Shown one piece after another: positions 17,671-27,034 of a DNA stretch of 45,901 nucleotides; the first letter of the stretch is position 1; every line of letters starts with the position of its first letter. Source of the DNA: a virus; the IMG/VR virus record IMGVR_UViG_3300000969_000002, positions 1 through 45,901 of that record. The stretch is one strand, 5' to 3'. Below the pieces are notes generated by a model. It was not told the DNA's origin. It did no database searches and saw nothing but the letters and a program-made list of their open reading frames with translations. Both the position numbers and the translations under genes were made by a program.

Positions 17671-19644
17671 TTAAAATAACGTGTTCAAATCAGGAGCTTG
17701 AGGATCTACAGTTTTAGTTGCAAATCCCGTTTTTCCTTGGTCTTGTCGAGCAGTAGGCTCACCTGCTTGTAACCCTTGCAAATAGTCTATTCTTTGTTGT
17801 AAACTTGTTTTAACAACTTCTAATTTATCTTGATCTGCGCCAAGTCTAACTTTAGCAGAGTAAGGATTCATTAAATTCGCAGTACTGTCAAGTTTTGCCT
17901 CAACTTGTGAAAGAGCTGTCTGGAATGATTGTAAAACAGGCCCTAATTTTTTACCTAGTTTACCATAAGCTTCATCAAAAGACTTAATCTCTGCTTCAGT
18001 TAAAGCTGAACCAAACAATGCATTTCTTACACTGTTTCTAAAGGCGGCGTAAGCTGATTTTGCCTCGGCACCTTTTACATTGTCTGAAACATATTGTTTA
18101 GCATTACTTAAAGTACTATCTAATAACCCAGTCTGACTTGCAGACAACTCAGAACCAGGACCACCTAAAGCTAGTAACTGCCTAATATCAGTTATGGATT
18201 TTTTATCCGCAGGTGTTAATTTTGTACCCTCAAGACGTTCAATTTTTACTATTTCTCGATATGCTTTGTTATAAGTTTTTTGATCGGAGAAATCAGCTTG
18301 GAAAAATTGATCTTCACCTCCAAATTGTTGTAACAAACTGTCAGTAGAATTGGCTGCAGCAGCTAAATCTTTTTGTGTCGCTGTTGAACCTTCAGTACGT
18401 AACTTAGCTATGATTTGTTGTTGCTTTAAATCGTTACCTTGCGCGTCTAGCGCTAAATCAACATCTTTTTGATCTTGCTGCCTATCAATTTGTGCGACTT
18501 TTCTATCTTCTAAACTACTTGTTGTACCTCGATCAGCATTTGCTATATCTCTTCTATGTTGTAAAATAGTATCAACAGGATCTGCATACTGACCTTTAAT
18601 CAACTCAGCTGTTTCATCTGCTGTTCCTCCATCGTATGTTTCGGCAATGTCAAAATTAGACATAATTTTTTTAACGTAATCTTTTGTCTCTTTAAAAGGT
18701 GGTATTCCACCATATTTATCAACATTACCCATACCGCCATTATAAGCAGCTAAAGCTAGTTTGACGTCACCCTTATAACGTTTAAGTAACTGTGCCATAT
18801 ATTTGGTACCACCCTCAATAGACTGTTTAGGATCAAATCTATCAGTGACACCTAAATCTTTAGCTGTAGGCTCCATAATTTGCATTAAACCACCTGCGCC
18901 AACAGGTGAAACTGCATCTGGATTATTATTACTCTCTTGCTTCATCATGGCGGCAATTAAATTAGGTGGTACATCGTATTTATCAGATGCGCTTAAGATT
19001 AAATCTTCGTACTTATGGCCTTTATGATGCCATGTGCTACCTTTGGGACCTTGAACTAAGTCAACAAAGTTTTTGTGATTAGTATTAGCGTCTTGCGCTT
19101 TTCGTTTACCTAATCGGTTCATGGATCCTGACTCTGACATTGCTTTATTAGCAGAGCCAATATTCCATTTCTTACCGTCATAAACTTTATATAAGCTTTT
19201 ATTGACAATATCTTGCTTTTCAGGTGTATCATACATTGCAGGTCTTATACCTGCTTTATTCAATAACGAGGTATCTTTTTGGTAATCAATGTTAGCAATG
19301 TTATGCACACCTTGCTGCTTCCATATCTCTGCTAATTCCGGTTCGCGTGCTAATGTGTTTTGCAGATAGGATGCATCGCCAGTTGCAGCAAAATCTTCAA
19401 AAGCTGCATCTGTTGTTTGAGCGTACAATTTAGCTTGTAAACCTTTAGCTAGTTGTGTTGCTTCTAATGCTTGTAACTGGTCCGCTTCTGCTTTGGATCC
19501 AGACCGAACAGCTAGTTGATTTTTGTCATCAAAGCTGTAACCATGAATTTGTAACTCTTGGTTTCGCTGCTGGGCTTGAGCTCTGGCTGCCTTGCGTCTA
19601 TCTGCAACGTTAGCGCCTATTGAAAATCCTTGTGCTAAAGTCAT
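17671..19644 (-). CDS. virion protein with lytic transglycosylase (SLT) domain (657 aa)
   Basis: Central motif MKQESNNNPDAVSPVGAGGLMQIM...ALAAYNGGMGNV matches the SLT family E-S...GLMQ...AYN.G signature. Confidence 0.85.
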   Translation of the reverse strand: MTLAQGFSIGANVADRRKAARAQAQQRNQELQIHGYSFDDKNQLAVRSGSKAEADQLQALEATQLAKGLQAKLYAQTTDAAFEDFAATGDASYLQNTLAREPELAEIWKQQGVHNIANIDYQKDTSLLNKAGIRPAMYDTPEKQDIVNKSLYKVYDGKKWNIGSANKAMSESGSMNRLGKRKAQDANTNHKNFVDLVQGPKGSTWHHKGHKYEDLILSASDKYDVPPNLIAAMMKQESNNNPDAVSPVGAGGLMQIMEPTAKDLGVTDRFDPKQSIEGGTKYMAQLLKRYKGDVKLALAAYNGGMGNVDKYGGIPPFKETKDYVKKIMSNFDIAETYDGGTADETAELIKGQYADPVDTILQHRRDIANADRGTTSSLEDRKVAQIDRQQDQKDVDLALDAQGNDLKQQQIIAKLRTEGSTATQKDLAAAANSTDSLLQQFGGEDQFFQADFSDQKTYNKAYREIVKIERLEGTKLTPADKKSITDIRQLLALGGPGSELSASQTGLLDSTLSNAKQYVSDNVKGAEAKSAYAAFRNSVRNALFGSALTEAEIKSFDEAYGKLGKKLGPVLQSFQTALSQVEAKLDSTANLMNPYSAKVRLGADQDKLEVVKTSLQQRIDYLQGLQAGEPTARQDQGKTGFATKTVDPQAPDLNTLF

Positions 19645-19654
19645 TATCTATCTC

Positions 19655-20302
19655 CTATAAAAATCCTAAGCCAATGCCGACTAAGTCCCCGATTGCGTTT
19701 TGATTTTGTGATTGTTGTTGTACAAAAGCACTGTTATTGGCACTAAACTGACCTCCATAAGCACTTATACCAGCATTAAATGCTGAACCGACACCACCGT
19801 ATGCAGAATTAACATTAGCCGTAGCTTGTAGACCAGCTGATGTACCATCATTCAAAAATTGTAATTGTTGACCAGCAACAATTTCATCACTTTGTGTTCT
19901 AATCGCAGAACGCACTTCGGCGTTGTTAAACTCAGAAGCAGTCTTAGTAGCAAACTCAATACCGCTTTCACTTATCCCACGTTGCGCAGCATCTCTTTCA
20001 ATTTGCGCAACTGCCCTTTGGTGCTCGAGCTGTTGGTTTTGTAGTCCTAAAGCTGTAAGCTCATCACCATCTAAGTTACCATAATACTCACCTAGATTTT
20101 CACGGATAGGTCCGTAAATAGCTTCCCAATCTTCGTAAACCCCACGTTGAAAATCTACATTCTCTTGTTGTAATTTAATAGTTTCATCAACTAACCTACT
20201 TTGCTCAGCAGATGCGGCCGAAGCTGCGCGACTAGAAGACTTCGCAGCTTCAGTGTCTGTTAAACCAATTGCGTCTGTAACTGAGCTAAATACACTACCC
20301 AT
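19655..20302 (-). CDS. virion structural/internal protein candidate (215 aa)
   Basis: ATG 20302 (MGSVFSSVTDAIGL...) has AAGGA upstream and overlaps the GNAT-like stop by 8 nt. The track start at 20368 would overlap the neighbour by 74 nt. Confidence 0.55.
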   Translation of the reverse strand: MGSVFSSVTDAIGLTDTEAAKSSSRAASAASAEQSRLVDETIKLQQENVDFQRGVYEDWEAIYGPIRENLGEYYGNLDGDELTALGLQNQQLEHQRAVAQIERDAAQRGISESGIEFATKTASEFNNAEVRSAIRTQSDEIVAGQQLQFLNDGTSAGLQATANVNSAYGGVGSAFNAGISAYGGQFSANNSAFVQQQSQNQNAIGDLVGIGLGFL

Positions 20303-20726
20303 CTTTTTGTTCCTTTTGTATGGCTTTTTTATACCTGGTGTATTGTTTTTCAGCCCCATATTTTTCAACTATGGAAGCAATGTTATCATTAGTTGCATCT
20401 ACTTCCCAAAATTTGAACCCTTTTTCTTCTACGTAATTAAAACAATACTCGATTAAATTTTTTGTATCTTTTGTATCTTTTATTTCTAAATAAATACCTG
20501 TAAATATGAATGAATGCTCATTTAGAGCATGCCCACTAACAAAACCCATAAGTGTGGTTTCGTCATACAAACCAATAGATACAAACTGCGGTCCATTGTT
20601 TATAAAATGAATAAGCGTATTAGTGGCTTGAAACTCATTGATTTCGCTATTTATGTCAGAATACATCTTAGCATTTAATTCTGCTAATTGCATAAAATCG
20701 TCATTAGGTATTTCTTTAATTTCCAT
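20295..20726 (-). CDS. GNAT-fold (acetyltransferase-like) protein, low-GC insert
   Basis: 143 aa. ...GFVSGH...FIFTGIYLE...NLIEYCFNYVEEKGFKFWEVDATNDNIASIVEKYGAE follows the beta4-alpha3-beta5-alpha4 GNAT core layout, but the R/QxxGxG/A loop is replaced by KDTKDTK. The region is visibly more AT-rich than flanking late genes. Confidence 0.55.
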   Translation of the reverse strand: MEIKEIPNDDFMQLAELNAKMYSDINSEINEFQATNTLIHFINNGPQFVSIGLYDETTLMGFVSGHALNEHSFIFTGIYLEIKDTKDTKNLIEYCFNYVEEKGFKFWEVDATNDNIASIVEKYGAEKQYTRYKKAIQKEQKDG

Positions 20727-20871
20727 TTTCAATCTTTTCTAAACGCTCTTCTAATTCAGACATCTTAGTTGCTACATCAGTTAAAAAGCGAAATAATGCT
20801 TCATTTTTCTTAGTCACTTGAATTTCAACAATGTCCGCCACATCTTGTGGTATGTTTATACTACCTACCAT
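20716..20871 (-). CDS. small RHH-like ORF (51 aa) coupled to the GNAT-like gene
   Basis: Not in the track. ATG 20871 overlaps the 508-aa gene stop by 11 nt, and the TAA overlaps the GNAT-like ATG by 11 nt. MVGSINIPQDVADIVEIQVTKKNEALFRFLTDVATKM fits a strand-helix-helix pattern. Confidence 0.4.
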   Translation of the reverse strand: MVGSINIPQDVADIVEIQVTKKNEALFRFLTDVATKMSELEERLEKIENGN

Positions 20872-22387
20872 TTTGTCTTCCATTTACTTTAAATTCATAT
20901 TCAAAAATTGTGCCTGTGCCAGTTATTTCAAATTGCACGGCTGAACCTCGCTGTTTACCTGCAGGCGGTTGTATGTCAAATATCGTGTTACCCGTAATAC
21001 TTTTTGTGAGAACAAGCTCGTCGTCAATAAACATTTTTATAGTAAAATCACCATCACAACGAATATAAACATTATTATAAGTTTTAATAACGGAATGAAA
21101 ACTTTCCGTAAACTTAGGTGATAAATAAGTAAACTCTAAGTCATCACCGTCAAACAAGGTTACTAATTTGTCATTTATTCGACCATAACGACTACCATCA
21201 ATAGATAATATATTGTCCAGTCTTTTGTCATATTGATACTCTGCAAATGTATAAGAGCCAAATCTATTGTCAACAGCAAATAAATTACCGTTAGTTAGAC
21301 ATAAATAATACACTTCATTATGCACCATACTATTAACTATGTCTAATGGACATAAACCTAACTTATCCTGGCTTAGCAAAGTTATATAGCTACCATCAAA
21401 AGTGCAAATACCAGTCTCTGCTAACCATACAGGTCTAGTTTTTAGTATTTGAGCGGATAAATGTGATATAGAGCCGTGCTCAGATGTCAAGTCTAATTTT
21501 CTAAATGTATCGCTTGTAGTACCGGTTAATAGATGTGACCTATGTCTAGAACATACTAGTAAACCACCTTGAACTGGTAATATCATAGTTATATCTAGTG
21601 AGAAGTCAATAAAATTTAAAGGCGGCCAAACATCAGGTTGTCCTATATCAGAAAAATGTAACCGTTCATCTACTGCACAAAACAATATACCGTACGCCTC
21701 AACCAGGAATTGTGCTCCATCAGGCGCCGGGAAATGAGCTTGAGATTCTAACAATCTACCTTCTAATTCTAAATCACTCTTAGTATCTATATAACTGGCT
21801 GTATTGTTTGGAATTTCTTCTACTAATGTAGTAACTGTTATATCACCACCAATTCTATATATACGTATGATATCGACCTGTATATCAGCTGTAACTTCTA
21901 TACCTGATAATGTAATTCTTTGATCTGCGTCAACCGAAAATTCATCTGATAACGGAGCAGGCGCACTTTCAATATCATCACTAGAATTGTAATAGGTATA
22001 TGTATACTGCAAAACAGTAGCATCCGCTGACACATGTGCACCGTCAATAGCATCGCTCTGCGTTATTTCAACACTTGAGCTTGGCGGTTCTATACCTAAC
22101 TTACTATCTCTATTACCATCAAATTTACGCGCCTCTTTGCCTGCTTCAGTGTAATAAAGTTTATTTTGATACTCAACGTAAGATCTCTCAGTTGATGAAC
22201 TAAGATAGGTACCTCTAAATAGGTAAAAATAACCAGAAACTAACGTGCCAGTCTCAGTATAATTTTTACTGGACTTAAGTGTTAACTCTGAATTATCAAC
22301 ATTCAATAGCTCAACGGCCTCATTTGATAAAATCAAAGAAGGATCTACTCGTTTAGATATACCACCATCAAATGTTCTTACTTGCAT
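20861..22387 (-). CDS. tail (tubular/nozzle-type) structural protein candidate (508 aa)
   Basis: ORF track; position between the fibre and internal-protein genes; ATGA-type coupling with the upstream gene. Confidence 0.45.
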   Translation of the reverse strand: MQVRTFDGGISKRVDPSLILSNEAVELLNVDNSELTLKSSKNYTETGTLVSGYFYLFRGTYLSSSTERSYVEYQNKLYYTEAGKEARKFDGNRDSKLGIEPPSSSVEITQSDAIDGAHVSADATVLQYTYTYYNSSDDIESAPAPLSDEFSVDADQRITLSGIEVTADIQVDIIRIYRIGGDITVTTLVEEIPNNTASYIDTKSDLELEGRLLESQAHFPAPDGAQFLVEAYGILFCAVDERLHFSDIGQPDVWPPLNFIDFSLDITMILPVQGGLLVCSRHRSHLLTGTTSDTFRKLDLTSEHGSISHLSAQILKTRPVWLAETGICTFDGSYITLLSQDKLGLCPLDIVNSMVHNEVYYLCLTNGNLFAVDNRFGSYTFAEYQYDKRLDNILSIDGSRYGRINDKLVTLFDGDDLEFTYLSPKFTESFHSVIKTYNNVYIRCDGDFTIKMFIDDELVLTKSITGNTIFDIQPPAGKQRGSAVQFEITGTGTIFEYEFKVNGRQNGR

Positions 22388-23475
22388 TATCTAACCTTAA
22401 TCTGCCACATTACGGCAATGTTCTTAGGTCTTGTCTCATCACCGCCTGTGTTACCTGTATTACCATTAATGCTATGCATGTGGTCACCGGCTGGATCTGT
22501 GGTTCCTAAACCAACAGAGGTACCATTATTAAAATTACTTCCACCAACGATGCCTCCTTGATACCCATGTGTGTGGTTGCCTGAATTATCTGTTTCTAGT
22601 GTACCTGCGTCATGGTTATGCTGCTTTATAGAGTCTTGTTGTTCAGAACCTAGGACTCTACCTGGATCAATACCTCTATTATTGTCCCAACCACGTAAAA
22701 AGTAACCTCTGTAATCTGGTAAATTAAAGGTAGTTATGTTATCGCCTGACCCATGAGTTACACCTATTTTAGTAAATAGAGCAGAAAACTCTGTTCTACT
22801 AACTTCCTGTCCAGCACATTCCATATAATTATCATCAGGTGTTGAATAAGGTACAGGCATTAAAGAACCAATAGGTGAACCTGTCACTAAATTAGTTAGT
22901 AAAGAACCATCTATAGCAGGCAATTTACCTTCGTCTGTTAATTGCACTAAGTTATTTGGAGCTGTACCTGTTTCCAAATTTTGTACGTTAGAGACGGAGT
23001 TGGCTAAATCTTGTACTAAAGTTAGTATATTATCATCAGCCTCGTTAAACGCCGTAATAATATCATTATCAGCAGCAATAAAATCAGTACCACCAGGTAT
23101 GTAAATATTACCTGCAACCGGATTATACTCAAACATTAATACAGAGCCTAAGTATATACCATGCCTGTCTGCTGACAATTCTTTTTGCCAAATTCTACTT
23201 GGCAAGTTCAAATCTACTGTGGAGGAGTTTATCAAACCTATTAAAGCATTACCATCAGCGTCAACAACATTAGGTAACGTATCTAATTGTAGTTGTAACT
23301 GATCTACTAACTCCTTCATAGACCTTGTTTCATCGTAAGGTAGAACTGAGCCATTGATCCTAGTAATACTAACTGGAGCTGTACCACTAGGACCACGCTC
23401 TTGCTCTTGAAGCCCTGTACCTATTAACAGATCTTCTAAACCAATTAAATTTTTCTGTACGTTAATTTTAATCAT
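22387..23475 (-). CDS. tail fibre protein with phage tail collar domain (362 aa)
   Basis: FNLPDYRGYFLRGWDN, the HxH-rich repeats (HNHDAG...GNHTHG...GDHMHS) and the C-terminal ETRPKNIAVMWQIKV are typical of tail-collar / short-fibre proteins. Confidence 0.75.
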   Translation of the reverse strand: MIKINVQKNLIGLEDLLIGTGLQEQERGPSGTAPVSITRINGSVLPYDETRSMKELVDQLQLQLDTLPNVVDADGNALIGLINSSTVDLNLPSRIWQKELSADRHGIYLGSVLMFEYNPVAGNIYIPGGTDFIAADNDIITAFNEADDNILTLVQDLANSVSNVQNLETGTAPNNLVQLTDEGKLPAIDGSLLTNLVTGSPIGSLMPVPYSTPDDNYMECAGQEVSRTEFSALFTKIGVTHGSGDNITTFNLPDYRGYFLRGWDNNRGIDPGRVLGSEQQDSIKQHNHDAGTLETDNSGNHTHGYQGGIVGGSNFNNGTSVGLGTTDPAGDHMHSINGNTGNTGGDETRPKNIAVMWQIKVR

Positions 23476-24271
23476 TTGGTCTGTACCTTGTTGTGTGTCG
23501 TACCCGTGCGAATAACTTAGACTTTTCTAGTCTGTACTCTTCCTTAAACATTGTGTAATAGCTTAATTCTTCACTTGCCATTTGTCTATTCTGTGTGTCT
23601 TGATTGTCTCTTAAAGCCATACCAGTTACATAATGAATTAACGGTTGCTCTATTAAATCATCAATTATTAACTCATCTGTTAAAGATGTTACTTTTTCAT
23701 GCTTACGCACGTAATAAAATTTAATTAACCCTGCATCGCCAATACCACTAATATCTCCAATAGCATAACCTTCATTATATTGCGTTTGGTCATAAACTTC
23801 ATCAGGATTGTTATCAACTATAACTGTAGGTATAATGTCACTATAGCTAATGTGTGTTGTTACACCAAATAGCTGGTTATACTCTATGTGATCATTTTTT
23901 GCATTAGTGACAATAGGGTATTGTTTTATTAACCCGTTTCTTTGTCTATTAAACACTAACGCTTTTACTTCTTCACCCTCTTCTAACTGCCATTCAGGAT
24001 TATCCTCATCCATTTCTTGAAACGTTTTGAACGGTAAAGGTTCATCTAAATATTCAGCGCGTAAAATCTTCGTAGAATACTCTGTTAAATCGATATCAAC
24101 TAATTTATTTCGAACTTCCCAAATAAGAGTTTCGACAAAAACAGTTGTTGTCTTAGCTAATTCAGTGATACAGTTATTCAATAACGAAATAAGGCGGGCA
24201 TCAGTCCACCTATCTTTATCTTCATCTGACAATGTATATCTACATTGTGTTAATATATCTTGTACTAGCAT
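23468..24271 (-). CDS. head-tail adaptor candidate (267 aa)
   Basis: The N-terminal ...LSDEDKDRWTDARLISLLNNCITELA pattern is recalled from podovirus adaptor/connector proteins; position just downstream of the capsid genes. Confidence 0.4.
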   Translation of the reverse strand: MLVQDILTQCRYTLSDEDKDRWTDARLISLLNNCITELAKTTTVFVETLIWEVRNKLVDIDLTEYSTKILRAEYLDEPLPFKTFQEMDEDNPEWQLEEGEEVKALVFNRQRNGLIKQYPIVTNAKNDHIEYNQLFGVTTHISYSDIIPTVIVDNNPDEVYDQTQYNEGYAIGDISGIGDAGLIKFYYVRKHEKVTSLTDELIIDDLIEQPLIHYVTGMALRDNQDTQNRQMASEELSYYTMFKEEYRLEKSKLFARVRHTTRYRPND

Positions 24272-24288
24272 AATAAAATCCTAAAATA

Positions 24289-24323
24289 AAGCATCACGAT
24301 ATAAGGGAGGTATCGTGATGCTT
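24289..24323 (-). terminator. rho-independent terminator after the capsid gene pair
   Basis: Perfect 13-bp stem (aagcatcacgata / tatcgtgatgctt) with a 9-nt loop, followed on the - strand by tattttagg. Confidence 0.75.
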
Positions 24324-24328
24324 ATTAC

Positions 24329-24742
24329 TTAGTTAGTAGCGTAGTCTGTAAGTTCACCAGTACCTTTATCATATTCAAGGTACTCAACAAATACAGATAC
24401 ATTACCTACTGTCGGTAATGCGCTAAATGTTAAATCTAGCGTCATTCCTGTTTCTGTTGCAATAGGTGTACCTAGGTCGGCACGTTTTGGATCGGTGTCA
24501 TCAAGGTCAGCTGCTGCCAACACTTCTGAACCACCTGCAACACCTAAGTCAGCTGTAATACCTGCATCCATTGCTGTTGTAACAGCAACTCCTGCAGCAA
24601 CAATCACTGCATCTTTAGGCAAAACTAATGCTGGATGAGGTCCTGCACCATCTAAGGTGTCAGTATTCATATTAACATTAATTGCAGATACGCAAGTTGA
24701 TTTTTTCTCTGAGTTATCTCTCAATCGTGTAAGATCAGTCAT
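24329..24742 (-). CDS. capsid accessory/decoration protein candidate (137 aa)
   Basis: Lies directly downstream of the major capsid gene and upstream of the strong terminator; Ala/Gly/Thr-rich. Confidence 0.35.
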   Translation of the reverse strand: MTDLTRLRDNSEKKSTCVSAINVNMNTDTLDGAGPHPALVLPKDAVIVAAGVAVTTAMDAGITADLGVAGGSEVLAAADLDDTDPKRADLGTPIATETGMTLDLTFSALPTVGNVSVFVEYLEYDKGTGELTDYATN

Positions 24743-24759
24743 AATTTTCTTTCCTTATC

Positions 24760-25902
24760 TTAGATTTCAACATCAACTGCAACTACACCCCAGTCGAAAC
24801 CAGCAACTTTAGCGTCAGCATAGTCAGAACTCTCAGCAACAAGACGTGCTTTCTGAGTTTCCATCCAAACTTCTACTGCAGATTCTGATTTAATACCAAA
24901 GTCTTGGCTTTCTTGGAATTTGTAGTCAGGCATTTTACCAAACGCCATTTGAACAGCGTTAGCACCAACAATCAAACCACGTGATTTAAGAGTTGATGTA
25001 TGGTCAAATCCTTCTTGTCCAGTCCATGCATTGTTAGCAGTATCAAACTGACGTAAACCTGCAATCTCAATAGATGAGTCATCAAGACCAAGATTGGCAG
25101 ATGCACCTGATGTACCTGCAACGCCAGGAATACCAACGCCTGCTGAAGTACCAAAGAATTGGTCTGCTTCAATAACAAGCATACTACCAATTTTACCAAT
25201 CAAGCCTTTAATGGCGCGATTTTCGTTACCACGAAGATCGGCATTAATAACAATCGTTTGGTATTGATTAGACTTTTTAAGCTTTGCGCACATTTTTGCA
25301 TCTGCAATAAGTGCCCAACAAGGCATACCGCCTTCAAGCTTAAATGGTTGTAGAGGTCGTCTACGTCCACCAACAGAAAAGTCTGTACTTGTTTTAAGTG
25401 CTACTTCGATATCCAATAAAGAATTGTAATCAAAAGTGTTACCTAAATCAATAACATGAGAAGGAGCTTGTCCTTTAACACCTTGCATGGCATCAAAAAT
25501 CGCTTGGTCTTTAAAACGAGTGAATAAGTCACCCAATTTACGACGCGAGTCTGCATGTTCTGATAAACTTAGGTCACCAACGTCAACAGCATCAAATGCA
25601 TCACCGTTGTCAACAACCAAACGATAACGTTCAACTGTTACTTTGTCACTAAATTTACGTTTTTGTTCACCTTTACCAAAGGCAGTTTCTTTACCTTTAA
25701 TAGCTTTACCTGCAAGGCTACCATCGTAATCAAATACAACAGTGTGCCCGTCGGCTGCGTTAAGGTTATTTGCTTGGAATACTACAGAGTCTGCAGACAT
25801 TCCTGTGTAAGAAGCCCAGAAAGATTGTGACTTTGCTTGTAGCAAACCTTCACTCATCCATCTTTTACGCTTCAAATCACTATCAATGCTAATATAAGCC
25901 AT
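24760..25902 (-). CDS. major capsid protein (380 aa)
   Basis: Follows the scaffold-like gene; higher-GC, expression-type codon usage. The N-terminal ...KRKRWMSEGLLQAKSQSFWASYTG...DGHTVVFDYDGSLAGKAIKGKETAFGKGE pattern is recalled from N4-like/DUF4043-type capsid proteins. Confidence 0.7.
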   Translation of the reverse strand: MAYISIDSDLKRKRWMSEGLLQAKSQSFWASYTGMSADSVVFQANNLNAADGHTVVFDYDGSLAGKAIKGKETAFGKGEQKRKFSDKVTVERYRLVVDNGDAFDAVDVGDLSLSEHADSRRKLGDLFTRFKDQAIFDAMQGVKGQAPSHVIDLGNTFDYNSLLDIEVALKTSTDFSVGGRRRPLQPFKLEGGMPCWALIADAKMCAKLKKSNQYQTIVINADLRGNENRAIKGLIGKIGSMLVIEADQFFGTSAGVGIPGVAGTSGASANLGLDDSSIEIAGLRQFDTANNAWTGQEGFDHTSTLKSRGLIVGANAVQMAFGKMPDYKFQESQDFGIKSESAVEVWMETQKARLVAESSDYADAKVAGFDWGVVAVDVEI

Positions 25903-25962
25903 GATTTTTACTCCGTTTTAAATGTTGTTATATTATGAACCATTTCATAATAAAAGTTAATC

Positions 25963-26733
25963 TTAAAAAGCAGTCTTTGCATATTGCTGATTAAAATCTT
26001 CCGCTACAGCATTTGGATCTGGACTTCCGTTACCTGCCGCTTTACTCAGGTTGGGCTTGCTAGTAACATCTTCTTGCTTAATGACTTTACCTGTTTTGAG
26101 ATAGTCACGGCATTCAACGAGAAATTCTTCAAACGATACGTTGCCAGTCTCCAACTTCTTAGTGATGCGTGGAGGAATGTCATTTTTAAGTATATCATCA
26201 TTAATTACAAAACCTTCGTTTTCTGCAATAAATTGATTTAATACTTGTACTCGTCTTTCTTTTTCATCGTTATCCAAACTTGAAGTAGAAACCTGCTTGA
26301 GTTCTTCATCAATCTCGCTTGCACGTCTCGTTCTTGCCTCTGTTTCAAGAGTATTCATCTGCCGTCTCCAAGCCTCAGGATCCTCGAATTTCAAGTCGTC
26401 TAATTCGGCTTTTTGCTCAGCTGATAAATTGAGCGAAACATTACCAACGGATTTCTCAAGAAGTAATGCTTTTTCGTTTTCTAGTGCTTTAACTTTCTGA
26501 CGATCCTTACTAAAAGCGGATTGCGTATCTCTTAAGCGTTTTTCTGCAGTTGCAGCATAAATTACTTCTTCTGAATGCTCACCTTCAGGCATAACCCATT
26601 CACCGTTACCATTTTGTGTCATTCCTTTTACTACGTCGTTGACTTTATCAGCAAAAGAAGGTTCACTATTGTTAGCAGCGTCCTGATCTTGATTTTGCTG
26701 AGTGTCATTTGCTTGCGCATCTGGATTACTCAT
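25963..26733 (-). CDS. scaffolding protein candidate (256 aa)
   Basis: Acidic, helical, low-complexity protein immediately upstream of the capsid gene; first gene of the late arm. Confidence 0.55.
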   Translation of the reverse strand: MSNPDAQANDTQQNQDQDAANNSEPSFADKVNDVVKGMTQNGNGEWVMPEGEHSEEVIYAATAEKRLRDTQSAFSKDRQKVKALENEKALLLEKSVGNVSLNLSAEQKAELDDLKFEDPEAWRRQMNTLETEARTRRASEIDEELKQVSTSSLDNDEKERRVQVLNQFIAENEGFVINDDILKNDIPPRITKKLETGNVSFEEFLVECRDYLKTGKVIKQEDVTSKPNLSKAAGNGSPDPNAVAEDFNQQYAKTAF

Positions 26734-26776
26734 TAAAATTCTCCTAAGTTTTTAGTTATTTTCATCATTATTTAAT

Positions 26777-26805
26777 ATTATATCTTATTTATATGTACAT
26801 GTACA
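26777..26805 (-). promoter_or_regulatory. leftward sigma70-like promoter of the morphogenesis arm (-35 TGTACA, 17-bp spacer, -10 TATAAT)
   Basis: On the - strand, TGTACA at 26805..26800 and TATAAT at 26782..26777. The -35 is one half of the 12-bp palindrome. Confidence 0.5.
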
Positions 26806-26822
26806 CAAAAAAACGATATAAT
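26794..26822 (+). promoter_or_regulatory. rightward sigma70-like promoter of the packaging operon (-35 TGTACA, 17-bp spacer, -10 TATAAT)
   Basis: TGTACA at 26794-26799 and TATAAT at 26817-26822. The -35 is the other half of the palindrome TGTACATGTACA (26794-26805). Confidence 0.5.
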
Positions 26823-26845
26823 TTGTATTATTAAACTTAATAATT

Positions 26846-27034
26846 ATGAAATTAACTATTAAAAGTGATATTATGACTGAAAATAAAATAATCAGCTTCT
26901 CTATTCCTCCTGCAGACAGAGAAAGCCATGATAATGTAGCTAAATTAAAAAAACATTGTAAAAAAACGGGTATGAATTTTAGCTTCTTAATGTTAAAAGC
27001 AATTAAACAGCTTAACAAGGACTTAAAATTATGA
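26846..27034 (+). CDS. ribbon-helix-helix (Arc/CopG-like) DNA-binding protein candidate
   Basis: KIISFSIPPADRESHDNVAKLKKHCKKTGMNFSFLMLKAIKQL fits strand-helix-helix. First gene of the packaging operon. ATG 26873 is an alternative start. Confidence 0.5.
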   Translation: MKLTIKSDIMTENKIISFSIPPADRESHDNVAKLKKHCKKTGMNFSFLMLKAIKQLNKDLKL

